A stretch of DNA of 64,000 nucleotides from Alphaproteobacteria bacterium (GTDB taxonomy: Bacteria > Pseudomonadota > Alphaproteobacteria > UBA828). Under the pieces are notes generated by a model that ran no database searches, was not told the DNA's origin, and saw nothing but the letters and a program-made list of their open reading frames with translations. Below are positions 1 through 10,021 of this stretch, one piece after another. The number at the start of each line of letters is the position of its first letter. Positions within the stretch are counted from its first letter, which is position 1. The DNA is taken from the NCBI GenBank assembly GCA_963422645.2, contig CAXXVO010000008.1, positions 576,001-640,000 on the forward strand. Direction: 5' to 3'. Both the position numbers and the translations under genes were made by a program.

Positions 1-1
1 C

Positions 2-706
2 GACCTGCTCGGCGTCCGCATCAGATACGGACCCGCGCCGGCGTATCCCGCAGACCCGGGCACGCCGTGGGAAGAGCTGCGCGCGATCCACCGCGGATGG
101 CTCACCGCAAGCCCCTGGGAGGCCGTCGAGCCCGCCGCCGGCGACTGGCTCTTCTCCTTCCGCGCCCTCGACACCGGCGGGCGCTACGGCCCCGAGAGCC
201 GCGTCACCGCGCGCCTCGGCGCCCAGCGCCGGGGCGAGAGCCTGTTCTGGGCCTGCCCCAGCGCCGAGGGATGGACCCGCGGCACGCTCGCCGGCGCGGC
301 CCTCGACTTCTCCTGGGCCGATCCCGCCACCGGCGCCGCCGACTACGCCTGGCGCGGCCTCACCACCTGGGACGCCTGGACCGGATGGGCGCTCCCCGGC
401 GCGGCCTGGGCGGCCGAGCCCACCGTCTACACCTCCATGCCGGCAGACCTCGGCCAGGACGGCGTCGTCTCGGTGCTCGCCTGGGACTCCGACGCCGCCG
501 TCCAGCCGACGGTGCGCGTGCGCGCCGCCGACTTCCGAGACGACCTCGCCTCCGCCGCCTGGACCGGCTACGCCGCCGGGGACAGGATTGCAGGACGCAT
601 CGTCCAGGTCGAGTGGACCTGGACCTGGGAGCGCGGGCAACTCCCCACCGTCAAGTACCTCTGCTTCGGCCTCGCCCGCGCCCATATCGCCGCGCCGGCG
701 AGCTGA
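2..706 (+). CDS. Phage tail tip/host-specificity-like protein, C-terminal part (5' truncated by window)
   Basis: Open frame from nt 2 to the stop at 706 (DLLGVRIRYG...WLFSFRALDTGGRYG...), Trp-rich and fibronectin-like; lies upstream of a tail-fibre-like gene and a Mu-type end. Confidence 0.55.
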   Translation, partial: DLLGVRIRYGPAPAYPADPGTPWEELRAIHRGWLTASPWEAVEPAAGDWLFSFRALDTGGRYGPESRVTARLGAQRRGESLFWACPSAEGWTRGTLAGAALDFSWADPATGAADYAWRGLTTWDAWTGWALPGAAWAAEPTVYTSMPADLGQDGVVSVLAWDSDAAVQPTVRVRAADFRDDLASAAWTGYAAGDRIAGRIVQVEWTWTWERGQLPTVKYLCFGLARAHIAAPAS

Positions 707-727
707 GTGGGCGCGAAAGGAAACCCC

Positions 728-1540
728 ATGACCGCATGGCCCACCCGGAAGATCGACACCACCCACCTCGACCAGGGCAGCGATTCGCCCGCCCACGCCC
801 GCGCCGCCATCAAGGCCATGGCCGACACAATCAACGCCATGATCGACGCCTTCGGCGATCCGGGCGGCGTCGCCACCCTCGACGGCTCCGGCGAGCACCC
901 CTTCCGCCAGATGCGGGGCGAGGTGTTCACCGCGGCCGAGCGCACGCGGCTGGCCAACCTCAGCGAGCGCACGGCGCCGCCGCGTCCCGCGCCCGAGCCG
1001 GCGCCCCGGCCCACGCCGCGCGGGCGCAAGACCTTCACCTCGCCCGACTCCGGGTACTGGGTCGCGCCCGCGGGCGTGACCCGCGTGCGCGTGCAGTTGC
1101 GGGGCGGCGCCGCCGGCGACGGCGGCAGCTATACCCGCATCACCTCCGGCGGCAGGGGCCCCGACAGGCGCACCACCTGGCGTGGCGGCGACGGCGGCGG
1201 CGCCGGCTTCATCTACTTCGAGATCGCGGTCTCGGCGGGCCGCTCCTACTTCTGGTCCGTGGGAAGCAACGGCGCGGACGGCGCGGACGGACCGCCCACC
1301 CGCCTCACCAGCACGGCGCGCCCCGGCGCCGACGGCGGCAACGGCAGCAACACCGCCGTCCTCGGCGGCACGGCGCGCGGCGGCAAGGGCGGCAAGAGAG
1401 CGTATGGCCGACGCAACGGCGCAGACGGCGCAGACGGAACCGCCTCCGCCCCCGCCGGCGCAAGCGGCGTCAGCCGACACACCCAGCTCACCGTGCCCTC
1501 CCCGGTCTCCGCCGGCTATATCGTCATCGAGTGGGGCTGA
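728..1540 (+). CDS. Phage tail-fibre-like glycine-rich protein
   Basis: RBS GAAAGGA before ATG 728; N-terminal GGVATLDGSG, Pro-rich linker, then a Gly-rich domain (TFTSPDSGYWVAPAGVTRVRVQLRGG...GYIVIEW). Confidence 0.65.
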   Translation: MTAWPTRKIDTTHLDQGSDSPAHARAAIKAMADTINAMIDAFGDPGGVATLDGSGEHPFRQMRGEVFTAAERTRLANLSERTAPPRPAPEPAPRPTPRGRKTFTSPDSGYWVAPAGVTRVRVQLRGGAAGDGGSYTRITSGGRGPDRRTTWRGGDGGGAGFIYFEIAVSAGRSYFWSVGSNGADGADGPPTRLTSTARPGADGGNGSNTAVLGGTARGGKGGKRAYGRRNGADGADGTASAPAGASGVSRHTQLTVPSPVSAGYIVIEWG

Positions 1541-1545
1541 TCGCG

Positions 1546-2427
1546 ATGCGCCGCACCCTCGTCCCCGCAGGCGGCGGCAGCGACAGCACCGCCCTCGCCC
1601 TCCTCGTCCTGCGCGGGACCGAAGACGAGGTCGTCCTCTCCTGCTACCGCGAGCCGGCCCGCGAACTCCCGGAGCGCATCGCCCGCGAGCAGGCCGCAAG
1701 CGAGGCCGTCGCAGACTGGCTCTCCCGCAACGTCCGGCCCGTGCGCCACGTCAGCCGCGACGCCCTGCGCGTGGAGACCGGCCCCCGCGCAAGATGGCCA
1801 ATTCGGGACGGGAGAGGATGGGAGGGCGTCTGCGACCCCACATTCGGCCCCTGGGGCATCGACCGATACGCAACCCACGCCGACGAGGCCGAGCGCCACC
1901 GCGCCGACCGGGTGATGCCCGGCATCACCTCGTGGGACACCGCCGACGACATGCACCGCATGTACTGGCATCCGGCCTACCGCGCGCGCACCGCCGTCCC
2001 CATGGAACTCCCCTTCTTCCCCGGCTGGGAGGACGGCGCGCAGTGGCCGCCGTCGCGGGACGACCCCTTCGGACCCGTCGCCGGGCGCTTCATGCTCCAG
2101 GCCCTGCTCCCGCCCGGGCTGGAGGCGCTCACCTGGCGATGCACCGTCGCGGCAGAGCCCTGCGGACGCTGCCCCCGATGCCGCCTCAACGCCTTCTTCG
2201 AGCGCTTCTGCCGGGGACGCCCGGCGGACCAGGTCGCCCGCATCGACGACGCCCTCGAACGACACCGCGGCGCAGGCCGGTGGTACGCCGACGCCGACCC
2301 CGGAAGATGGACCGGTCACGACGGATACGACGCCGCAGAACGCGCCGTCGAAGACCCCGAATGGTGGAAGGCCGAACTCGAACGCCCGTGCCGCCCCGGC
2401 GCCCGCCCCGGTCCCGACCGCGCCTGA
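1546..2427 (+). CDS. QueC-like PP-loop (adenine nucleotide alpha-hydrolase) protein
   Basis: ATG 1546 just after the upstream stop; N-terminal AGGGSDST (SGGxDS-like PP-loop) and C-terminal TWRC-x6-CGRCPRC zinc motif. Confidence 0.65.
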   Translation: MRRTLVPAGGGSDSTALALLVLRGTEDEVVLSCYREPARELPERIAREQAASEAVADWLSRNVRPVRHVSRDALRVETGPRARWPIRDGRGWEGVCDPTFGPWGIDRYATHADEAERHRADRVMPGITSWDTADDMHRMYWHPAYRARTAVPMELPFFPGWEDGAQWPPSRDDPFGPVAGRFMLQALLPPGLEALTWRCTVAAEPCGRCPRCRLNAFFERFCRGRPADQVARIDDALERHRGAGRWYADADPGRWTGHDGYDAAERAVEDPEWWKAELERPCRPGARPGPDRA

Positions 2428-2541
2428 AACCCTCACGCACCGCCCGTGCACGGGCCCTGAACCCCCCGCGCAGCGCTCCTTCACGGCCCATGCACAGGCC
2501 GGTTTTTCCAGCCCGGTTCAGCCCCGAAAACCAGCCGATTT

Positions 2542-2599
2542 TCCAGGCCATTCGCAAAGACTTCCGGCCGCGATTCGCAAAGACTTTCGGCCGGCTACA
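2542..2599. mobile_element. Mu-type transposable prophage right end (two adjacent ATTCGCAAAGACTT sites, terminal ...CTACA)
   Basis: Nearly identical to 52811-52868; ends in CA; followed directly by a headless host gene fragment. Confidence 0.75.
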
Positions 2600-2742
2600 T
2601 CGGCCTCTGCCACGCGGCACTCGGCAATGCGGAGAAGGCGCTCGACGCGTTCGAGCGGGCGCTGATCCACAACCCCCACATGCAGGGCGTGAAGCGGAAC
2701 GTGAAGGAGCTTCGCGACCGGCTCGGCCGCCACGCGATCTGA
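2600..2742 (+). pseudogene. 3' fragment of a TPR-repeat protein gene cut by prophage insertion
   Basis: GLCHAALGNAEKALDAFERALIHNPHMQGV...HAI* begins at the element end with no start codon. Confidence 0.6.
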
Positions 2743-2756
2743 GCGTTGGGCGGCGC

Positions 2757-4199
2757 TCAGCGCCGCAGCGCGCGGCCCGGCCGCTTCCCGGTGACCTGGC
2801 CCCCCTCGCGGACGACGGCGCCGTTCACCATGACGATGTCGATGCCGGCGGCTGGCCGGGTCGGCGCCTCGAAGGTCGCTTCGTCCGCGATCGTCTCCGC
2901 ATCGAACACCACGAGATCGGCATAGGCGCCGGCGCGTACCTCGCCGCGATCGGTGAGGCCGAACTGGGCGGCGGTGAGCCCGGTCATGCGGCGCACCGCG
3001 TCCTCCAGGGTGAGCAGGCCGAGCTCGCGCGAATAGTGGCCGAGCACGCGCGGGAAGGTGCCCCAGAGCCTGGGATGGGGGTGTTGGTCGTGGGGCAGGC
3101 CGTCGGAGCCGATCATGCTGTGCTCGTAGGCTATGATGCGGCGCACGTCCGCCTCGTCCATCATGAAGTAGATGCCGCCCGCCGGCTGCAATCGCTCCGC
3201 CGCGGCGACCGGATCGAGGCCCATCTCGGCAGCAACGTCGGGCAGGTCGCGGCCGGCATATTCGGGGTGCGGCTCGGACCAGGTGACGATTACCCGCTCC
3301 GCCTTGCCGACCATCTCCGGCATCAGCACCGTGGAGCCTGCGGTGTAGGGATAGACGTCGAGGCCCACGGGCTGGCTCCGGCGCGTCTTCTCGATCAGCG
3401 CGAGCGTCTCGCCGCTCCGCCCGAAGTTCGCCCGGCCGGCGCACTTGTGGTGTGAGATGACGACGCCGGCGCCGGCGCGGCGGCCGATCTCGAAGGCCTC
3501 TTCCATCGCCGTCTCGATGTCGGCCCCCTCGTCGCGCATGTGGGTGACGTAGAGCCCGCCGGCTGCGCCCGCGACCTCCGCCACCGCCGCAACCTCGTCG
3601 GTGGTCGCCGCCTTGTTGGGGCCGTAGATGAGCCCGGTGCTGAAACCCAACGCCCCGGCCTCCATGCCCTCCGCCAGCCGCTCTCGCATGGCGTCGATCT
3701 CGCCGGCCGTGGCCGGGAGGTCGACATCGTCCATCGTGTCCAAGCGGAGCGCCGAATGGCCGACCAGGAGGCCGGCATTGGCGGCCGGCGGCGCCTCGTC
3801 GAGGGCCGCCACGTAGTCGGCGAAGCGGGGATAGCGGAAGTCGGCCGGTCCGCCCAGCAGGTCGAGCGGCGGCGGCGTGGGGCGCCCCGGCGTGAGCGGC
3901 GCAAGGCTCACCCCGCAATTGCCGGCGATCACCGTCGTGACGCCCTGGCTGGTCTTGGGCGTCACGTCGGGGTCGACCAGAAGCAGGTTGTCGTCGTGGG
4001 TGTGAGCATCGATGAAGCCCGGCGAGACGATGCGCCCCGTCGCATCGATGGTGCGTGCAGCCTGCATCCCCGCCAGATCGCCCACGGCGGCGATGCGGTC
4101 GCCGGCGACGGCGACATCGGCGCGCACGCGGGGCGCGCCCGTGCCGTCGATCACCGTGCCGCCCGTGAAGAGGACGTCGTACCGCTCCTCCTCCGCCAT
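2757..4199 (-). CDS. N-acyl-D-amino-acid deacylase (D-aminoacylase)
   Basis: PGFIDAHTHDD, GVTTVIAGNCG, HMRDE, SHHK, GSDG, HPRLWGTFPRVLG motifs. Confidence 0.9.
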   Translation of the reverse strand: MAEEERYDVLFTGGTVIDGTGAPRVRADVAVAGDRIAAVGDLAGMQAARTIDATGRIVSPGFIDAHTHDDNLLLVDPDVTPKTSQGVTTVIAGNCGVSLAPLTPGRPTPPPLDLLGGPADFRYPRFADYVAALDEAPPAANAGLLVGHSALRLDTMDDVDLPATAGEIDAMRERLAEGMEAGALGFSTGLIYGPNKAATTDEVAAVAEVAGAAGGLYVTHMRDEGADIETAMEEAFEIGRRAGAGVVISHHKCAGRANFGRSGETLALIEKTRRSQPVGLDVYPYTAGSTVLMPEMVGKAERVIVTWSEPHPEYAGRDLPDVAAEMGLDPVAAAERLQPAGGIYFMMDEADVRRIIAYEHSMIGSDGLPHDQHPHPRLWGTFPRVLGHYSRELGLLTLEDAVRRMTGLTAAQFGLTDRGEVRAGAYADLVVFDAETIADEATFEAPTRPAAGIDIVMVNGAVVREGGQVTGKRPGRALRR

Positions 4200-4354
4200 C
4201 GTCGCCTCCCGTTCTCGCCTGTACGTGCCCGGTGGACCATGACGGCGGCGGCAGCCCGTGACAACAGGGTTTCGTTTCGTTTGAAGCGGCAGGTAAGCTG
4301 CCAGTGGATGCTCGGACGGACCGGGTTCGCGCGCGGCCCGAGCGGAGGCCTACG

Positions 4355-5047
4355 ATGAGGCAGGCAGAGACCGGTGCGGGGGCTGAACTTGCGGCGCTGC
4401 AGTTCGGCGACAGCTTCTTCCCGAGCGGTGCGGTGTCGTTCTCGCTCGGGCTGGAGACCCTGCACGCAGACGGCATCGTGGCTGACGTCGCTGGCCTCGA
4501 AGAGTTCCTCACCGACCAGGTGATGGACCGTTGGGCCACGGCGGAGCGCGCATTCCTCGCGGCTGCTCACGAGACCTGCCCGGACTGGCCGGCGGTCGCT
4601 GAGATCGACGCGCTTCAAGAGGCGATGACGCTGCCGCGCGAGCTGCGCGATGGCTCGCGCAAGGGCGGTGCCGCGCTGCTCGGCGTCCACGCTCGCATGG
4701 AGACGCCGGGCGCCCAGGCCTACCGCGAGCGTCTCCGCGCCAGTGAGGCGCACGGCCATCTCGCCGTGGTGCAAGGCGTGGTGCTCAAGGGCTCCGGACT
4801 TGACCTCGCCCGTGCCGAGGCGGTGAGCCTGCACGGGCACTGCGCGATGATCCTGGGTGCCGCGCTCAGGCTCGGCTTGATCGGCCACCTCGACGGACAG
4901 ATCATGCTGCGCGGGCTCAGGCCCAGAATGGCGGCGCTCTTGGCGCAGCCGGCGCCCGGCCTGGACGAGGCAAGGTCCTACGTGCCGCTTGCCGATGTCG
5001 CCGCCGCCCGCCACGAGGAAGCGGCGGTCCGACTCTTCAGCAACTGA
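4355..5047 (+). CDS. ureF: Urease accessory protein UreF
   Basis: LQFGDSFFPSGAVSFSLGLE N-terminus and HEEAAVRLFSN C-terminus; upstream of urease subunits. Confidence 0.85.
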   Translation: MRQAETGAGAELAALQFGDSFFPSGAVSFSLGLETLHADGIVADVAGLEEFLTDQVMDRWATAERAFLAAAHETCPDWPAVAEIDALQEAMTLPRELRDGSRKGGAALLGVHARMETPGAQAYRERLRASEAHGHLAVVQGVVLKGSGLDLARAEAVSLHGHCAMILGAALRLGLIGHLDGQIMLRGLRPRMAALLAQPAPGLDEARSYVPLADVAAARHEEAAVRLFSN

Positions 5048-5062
5048 TCAGGGTGGCCCACG

Positions 5063-5758
5063 ATGCTGTTGACACCGACCGAATTGGAGCGGCTGACGAT
5101 TTACACCGCCGCCGAGCTCGCGCGAAAGCGCCGTGCGCGCGGGCTCGCCCTCAACCACCCCGAGGCCGTGGCGCTGATCAGCGACGAGATACTGGAAGGC
5201 GCGCGCGACGGGCGCTCGGTGGCGGAGCTGATCGAGCAGGGCGCGACCATCCTCACCACCGACGATGTCATGCCGGGCGTTGCCGAGATGATGCCGGTGC
5301 TGCAGGTGGAGGGCACCTTCCCCGACGGCACCAAGCTGGTGACGGTCCACGAGCCGATCCGCCCCGGCACTAAGGCGCAGGAGGAGAGCGTGCGGCCGGG
5401 CGAGATCATTCCGGCAGAGGGCGAGATCGAGATCAATGCAGGCCGGCCGACTGCCACGGTCGCCGTCACCAACACCGGCGACCGGCCGGTGCAGATCGGC
5501 AGCCACTACCACTTCTTCGAGGTGAACCGGCATCTCGACTTCGACCGCGCGGCGTCCTTCGGGATGCGCCTCGACATCCCCGCCGGCACGGCGGTGCGCT
5601 TTGCGCCGGGGGAGACGAAGGAGGTGACCCTGGTCGAATTCGGCGGCAGCGGCGAGATGGTGGGTCTCAACGACCTCACCCAGGGCTCGCGGCGCTCCGA
5701 GAGCGTCAAGCAGGAGGCGCTGGCCCGTGCCCGCGCCCGCGGCTTCAAGGGGGCTTGA
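5063..5758 (+). CDS. ureAB: Urease gamma/beta fused subunit
   Basis: [11 protein letters not shown]...[18 protein letters not shown] (gamma) fused to [19 protein letters not shown]...[12 protein letters not shown] (beta). Confidence 0.92.
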   Translation: MLLTPTELERLTIYTAAELARKRRARGLALNHPEAVALISDEILEGARDGRSVAELIEQGATILTTDDVMPGVAEMMPVLQVEGTFPDGTKLVTVHEPIRPGTKAQEESVRPGEIIPAEGEIEINAGRPTATVAVTNTGDRPVQIGSHYHFFEVNRHLDFDRAASFGMRLDIPAGTAVRFAPGETKEVTLVEFGGSGEMVGLNDLTQGSRRSESVKQEALARARARGFKGA

Positions 5759-5761
5759 GCG

Positions 5762-7474
5762 ATGGCACGGATGAGCAGAGCGGAGTACGCGGCGCTCTAC
5801 GGCCCCACGACCGGCGACTGCGTGCGCCTCGGCGACAGCGAGCTGCTAGCCGAGATCGAGCACGACCACGGCGTGCCGGGGGAGGAGTGCCTGCACGGCG
5901 GCGGCAAGACGCTGCGGGACGGCATCGGCCTCGTCGCCGGGCTCGACAGCGCGGCGGGCTCGCTCGACATGCTGGTCTCCAACGCGGTCGTCATCGATCC
6001 CGTTCTGGGTATCGTCAAGGGCGACATCGGGATCAAGGAGGGCCTCATCGCTGGCGTCGGCAAGGCCGGCAACCCGGCGGTGATGGACGGGGTGGACCCC
6101 GCGCTGCTCTGCGGCGCAGCGACCACGGTGCGCGATGCGGAAGGGCTGATCGCCACGCCCGGCGGTATCGACGTCCACGTCCACTTCGACAGCGCGCAGC
6201 TCTGCGAGCACGCGATCTCAAGCGGGGTCACGACGATGCTGGGCGGCTCGCTCGGTCCGATCACCGTCGGTATCGACTGCGGCGGCGCCTGGAACGTCGG
6301 CAAGATGCTGCAGGCGGCCGAGGCCTGGCCGATCAATTTCGGCTTCCTCGGTCGCGGCAACTCGGCCAAGCCCCTGTCACTGGTCGATCAGATCGCCGGC
6401 GGCTGCATGGGGCTCAAGATCCATGAGGACTGGGGCGCCATGCCGGCGGCGATCGACTGCTGCCTCGACGTCGCCGACGAGATGGACTTTCAGGTCCAGC
6501 TCCACACCGACACGCTGAACGAGAGCGGCTTCCTGGAGGAGACGCTGGCCGCCATCAGGGGTCGTACGATCCACATGTACCACGCGGAAGGCGCGGGCGG
6601 CGGGCACGCGCCCGATATCATCCGCATCACCGGCGAGCCCAACTGCCTGCCGTCGTCCACCAACCCCACCAACCCTTACACGCGCAACACCTTCGACGAA
6701 CACCTCGACATGATCATGGTGTGCCACCACCTGAACCCGGCGGTGCCCGAGGACGTGGCCTTCGCCGAGAGCAGGATTCGGGCCCAGACCATCGCCGCCG
6801 AGGACGTGCTGCACGATATCGGCGCGATCTCGATGCTGGGCTCGGACAGCCAGGGGATGGGGCGGATCAACGAGGTCATCTGCCGCACCTGGCAGCTTGC
6901 GTCCAAGATGCGGGGCCAGCGCGGGCGGCTCGCGTCGGAGCAGACCGCCAAGGGCGACAACGAGCGGATCAAGCGCTACATCGCGAAGTACACCATCAAC
7001 GCGGCACGCACCTTCGGCATCGACCGCCATATAGGCTCGCTGGAAGCGGGCAAGCTCGCCGACGTGGTGCTCTGGCGCCCGGCCTTCTTCGGCATCAAGC
7101 CGGAGCTGATCATCAAGGGGGGCTTCATCGTATGGTCGGCGATGGGCGACAGCGCCGCATCGCTGATGACCTGCGAGCCGCTGCTCATGCGCCCGCAGTG
7201 GGGCGCCTTCGGCCGGGCCAAGGAGGCGCTGAGTCTGAGCTTCGTCTCGCAGGCGGCGGCCGATGCGGATGTTGCCGGCAGGCTCGGGCTGGAGAGCCGC
7301 ACCGTGCCTGTGCAGGGCACGCGCAAGCTCGCCAAGGGCCACATGCTGCACAACGACGCATGCCCCGTGGTGACGGTGGACCCCGAGACCTTCGAGGTGC
7401 ATGTCGACGGTGAGCTCGCGACCTGCGAGCCGGCCGACGAGCTACCGCTCGCCCAGCGCTACATGCTGCGCTAG
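5762..7474 (+). CDS. ureC: Urease alpha subunit (divergent active-site loop)
   Basis: [63 protein letters not shown]. Confidence 0.9.
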   Translation: MARMSRAEYAALYGPTTGDCVRLGDSELLAEIEHDHGVPGEECLHGGGKTLRDGIGLVAGLDSAAGSLDMLVSNAVVIDPVLGIVKGDIGIKEGLIAGVGKAGNPAVMDGVDPALLCGAATTVRDAEGLIATPGGIDVHVHFDSAQLCEHAISSGVTTMLGGSLGPITVGIDCGGAWNVGKMLQAAEAWPINFGFLGRGNSAKPLSLVDQIAGGCMGLKIHEDWGAMPAAIDCCLDVADEMDFQVQLHTDTLNESGFLEETLAAIRGRTIHMYHAEGAGGGHAPDIIRITGEPNCLPSSTNPTNPYTRNTFDEHLDMIMVCHHLNPAVPEDVAFAESRIRAQTIAAEDVLHDIGAISMLGSDSQGMGRINEVICRTWQLASKMRGQRGRLASEQTAKGDNERIKRYIAKYTINAARTFGIDRHIGSLEAGKLADVVLWRPAFFGIKPELIIKGGFIVWSAMGDSAASLMTCEPLLMRPQWGAFGRAKEALSLSFVSQAAADADVAGRLGLESRTVPVQGTRKLAKGHMLHNDACPVVTVDPETFEVHVDGELATCEPADELPLAQRYMLR

Positions 7475-7515
7475 GGCAAGCGCGAGGGAGCAAGAGCGCG
7501 CGCGGGAGTTGGGGC

Positions 7516-8742
7516 ATGGAGCAGATCCTGCGCGGCGCTCTGATCGCCGGCGGCGACGGCAGCCGGCTCGACATCGGCATCGCCGACGGGCGCATCGCCG
7601 AGATTGCGCCCACGGTCGAAGCCGACGCGCCGGTGCTCGACCTGGACGGCCGACTGGTGGCGCCCGGCTTCATCGAGACCCACATCCATCTCGACAAGGC
7701 CTGCATCCTCGACCGCTGCCGCGCGGAGCGGGGCGACCTCGCCGAGGCCATCGACGAGGTGGCGCGGGTCAAGCGTGAGTTCACGGCCGACGACGTGAAC
7801 GCCCGCGCCCGGCGCGTGCTCGATGCCTGCATCGCTCAGGGCACCACACACATGCGCACCCACCTGGAGGTAGACCCCGGCATCGGGATGCGCGGCTTCG
7901 ACGGCGTGCTGCCGCTGATCGAGGCCTATCGTTGGGCGATCGACCTGGAGATCTGCGTCTTCCCGCAGGAGGGGCTGCTCAACAATCCGGGCACCGACGA
8001 GCTTATGGTGGAGGCGCTCGCGCAGGGCGCCCGCGTGGTCGGCGCTGCGCCCTATACCGATAGCGACCCCGCCGGCCAGATCGACCGCGTGTTCGAGCTC
8101 GCGCGCGAGTTCGATGTCGATATCGACATGCACCTCGACTTCGGCGAGAGCGCGGACGCGCTCGACCTCGACCAGGTCTGCAGGCTGACCGAGCGCTTCG
8201 GCTACGGCGGCAGGGTCACGGTGGGCCACGTCACCAAGCTCTCGGCCGCGAGCCCTGAGCATCTGGCGCGGGTCGCGGACCGCATGGCCGAGGCGGGCGT
8301 CGCCTGCACCGTGCTGCCCGCGACCGATCTCTTCCTCATGGGGCGAGGCGACGAGGCCAACGTGCGGCGGGGGGTCACGCCTGCGCACCGGCTGCTCGGC
8401 CACGGCGTGAACTGCTCGCTCTCGTCAAACAACGTGCTCAACCCGTTCACGCCCTTCGGCGATTGCTCGCTGGTGCGCATGGCGAACCTCTACGCCAATG
8501 TCTGCCACGTGGGCGCGCGGTCGGAGATGCTGGACTGCTTCGACATGATCACGCGCCGCTCGGCCCGCATCCTCGGCCTCCACGATTACGGCATTGCGAT
8601 CGGCAATGCAGCCGACCTTGTGGTCCTCGACGCAACCGATCCGGCGGACGCGGTGGCCGCGATTGCGCCGCCGCTCTACGGTTTCAAGCGCGGGCGCATG
8701 ACCTTTCGCCGACCGTCGGCGGAGCTTCTCGGCCCGTCGTAG
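7516..8742 (+). CDS. Cytosine deaminase-like metal-dependent amidohydrolase
   Basis: PGFIETHIHLDKA, GTTHMRTH, FPQEG, DMHLD, GHVT, NNVLNPFTPFG. Confidence 0.85.
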   Translation: MEQILRGALIAGGDGSRLDIGIADGRIAEIAPTVEADAPVLDLDGRLVAPGFIETHIHLDKACILDRCRAERGDLAEAIDEVARVKREFTADDVNARARRVLDACIAQGTTHMRTHLEVDPGIGMRGFDGVLPLIEAYRWAIDLEICVFPQEGLLNNPGTDELMVEALAQGARVVGAAPYTDSDPAGQIDRVFELAREFDVDIDMHLDFGESADALDLDQVCRLTERFGYGGRVTVGHVTKLSAASPEHLARVADRMAEAGVACTVLPATDLFLMGRGDEANVRRGVTPAHRLLGHGVNCSLSSNNVLNPFTPFGDCSLVRMANLYANVCHVGARSEMLDCFDMITRRSARILGLHDYGIAIGNAADLVVLDATDPADAVAAIAPPLYGFKRGRMTFRRPSAELLGPS

Positions 8743-8895
8743 CGCCGCCGCAGGCCCAATGGGAGCGGAGGGCCCATTCGGGCACCACAAACCGCCTCGA
8801 TCAATAGAAGGGTCGATTCCTGAGTGTACCGGTATAATGACGAAGTGCCCCCCGGCCGTGCCGGGGGCCTCTCGCGCTCATGATGGAAGAAGCCG

Positions 8896-9945
8896 GTGAG
8901 GCGCTGGAGCTACATCGCACTCATTGTCGGCATTGCGCTGGTCATCGGTCTCGTGTGCTTCCAGGGCGCCGGGGACGTGGCGGCCACTGTGGCCGCGGTG
9001 AGCTGGGGCATCGTCGTGGTCGTCCTGGTGCGCCTCGTGCCGATCATGCTGGACGGCTACGTCTGGCGGCTGCTCTTCCTGGAAGGCCATCGGCCGCCGG
9101 TGCTGACGGCGCTCTGGGCACGCTGGATCGGGGAAGCGGTCAACACGCTGGTGCCGGCGTTTCAGGTGGGCGGTGCGGTGGTGCGCTCGCGGCTCATGGT
9201 CATGCGGGGTGTGCCCGGCCGGATCGCAGGCGCGAGCGTCGTCGTCGACCTTACCCTCAGCACGATCACCCTGCTCTTCTTTACCCTGGTCGGCATCGGC
9301 CTGCTGATGGCCCACCACGGCGAAAGCGATATCGCCCGCGCCATCGGCTTCTGTGTGGCGGGCGGGTTCGTGGTCGTCGTCCTGCTCTGCGTCTTCCAGC
9401 AACGAGGGTTCTTCGGCTGGATCATCGGCTTGGTGGCGCGTTTCGCCAGGGGCAAGGCGTGGGATAACGCCATCGGCGGTGCCCAGGCGCTTGACGAGGC
9501 GATCCTCGACCTCTACCGACACCGCTGGCTTCTGGCGGGGAACGCGGCCGGCCAGCTCGCGGCCTGGACGCTCGGCGCCGCCGAGATCTATGCCGCGCTC
9601 TACTTCATGGGCTACGAGGTCTCCATTGCCGACGCCCTGCTGCTGGAAAGCCTGATCCTGGCGACGCGCACTGCCGCGTTCTTCGTGCCGGGCGCGCTCG
9701 GCGTGCAGGAGGGTGTGCTGGTGCTGCTCGGCGGTATGATCGGCCTCGGGCCAGAGGTGGCGCTGGCGCTTTCGCTGGTCAAGCGGGTCCGCGAGCTGGT
9801 GATCGGCGTCCCCGGTCTGCTCGCCTGGCAAATCGCGGAGGGCAAGAACTTGTTCAGCCGCAGCGCGCGGCGCGCGGCAGCGTCCGCACCGGAGCCGCCC
9901 GACCCTGCTGCCTCTTCCGCCAGCCGCTCGCGGGAGGCGCTCTGA
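8896..9945 (+). CDS. Lysylphosphatidylglycerol-synthase TM/flippase-like membrane protein (HpnL-like)
   Basis: Multi-TM; RWIGEAVN, FFVPGALGVQEG, LALSLVKRVRE. Confidence 0.75.
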   Translation: MRRWSYIALIVGIALVIGLVCFQGAGDVAATVAAVSWGIVVVVLVRLVPIMLDGYVWRLLFLEGHRPPVLTALWARWIGEAVNTLVPAFQVGGAVVRSRLMVMRGVPGRIAGASVVVDLTLSTITLLFFTLVGIGLLMAHHGESDIARAIGFCVAGGFVVVVLLCVFQQRGFFGWIIGLVARFARGKAWDNAIGGAQALDEAILDLYRHRWLLAGNAAGQLAAWTLGAAEIYAALYFMGYEVSIADALLLESLILATRTAAFFVPGALGVQEGVLVLLGGMIGLGPEVALALSLVKRVRELVIGVPGLLAWQIAEGKNLFSRSARRAAASAPEPPDPAASSASRSREAL

Positions 9946-10021
9946 GCGCGCCCGGGCTGCGAGGGCCGGACGGATTTCACCCCTCCACCTCAAGAAAACA
10001 CATGTATTCGGAGACCGAACC

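Noticed and set aside
67-1545. 786-aa ORF 67..2427 as one protein
   Set aside because: The first 490 aa are Arg/Pro-rich off-frame read-through over real genes; the plausible start is ATG 1546
1182-4539. Long ORFs 1182..3455 and 2518..4539, and similar antisense ORFs throughout
   Set aside because: Shadow frames expected at high GC, overlapping well-supported genes
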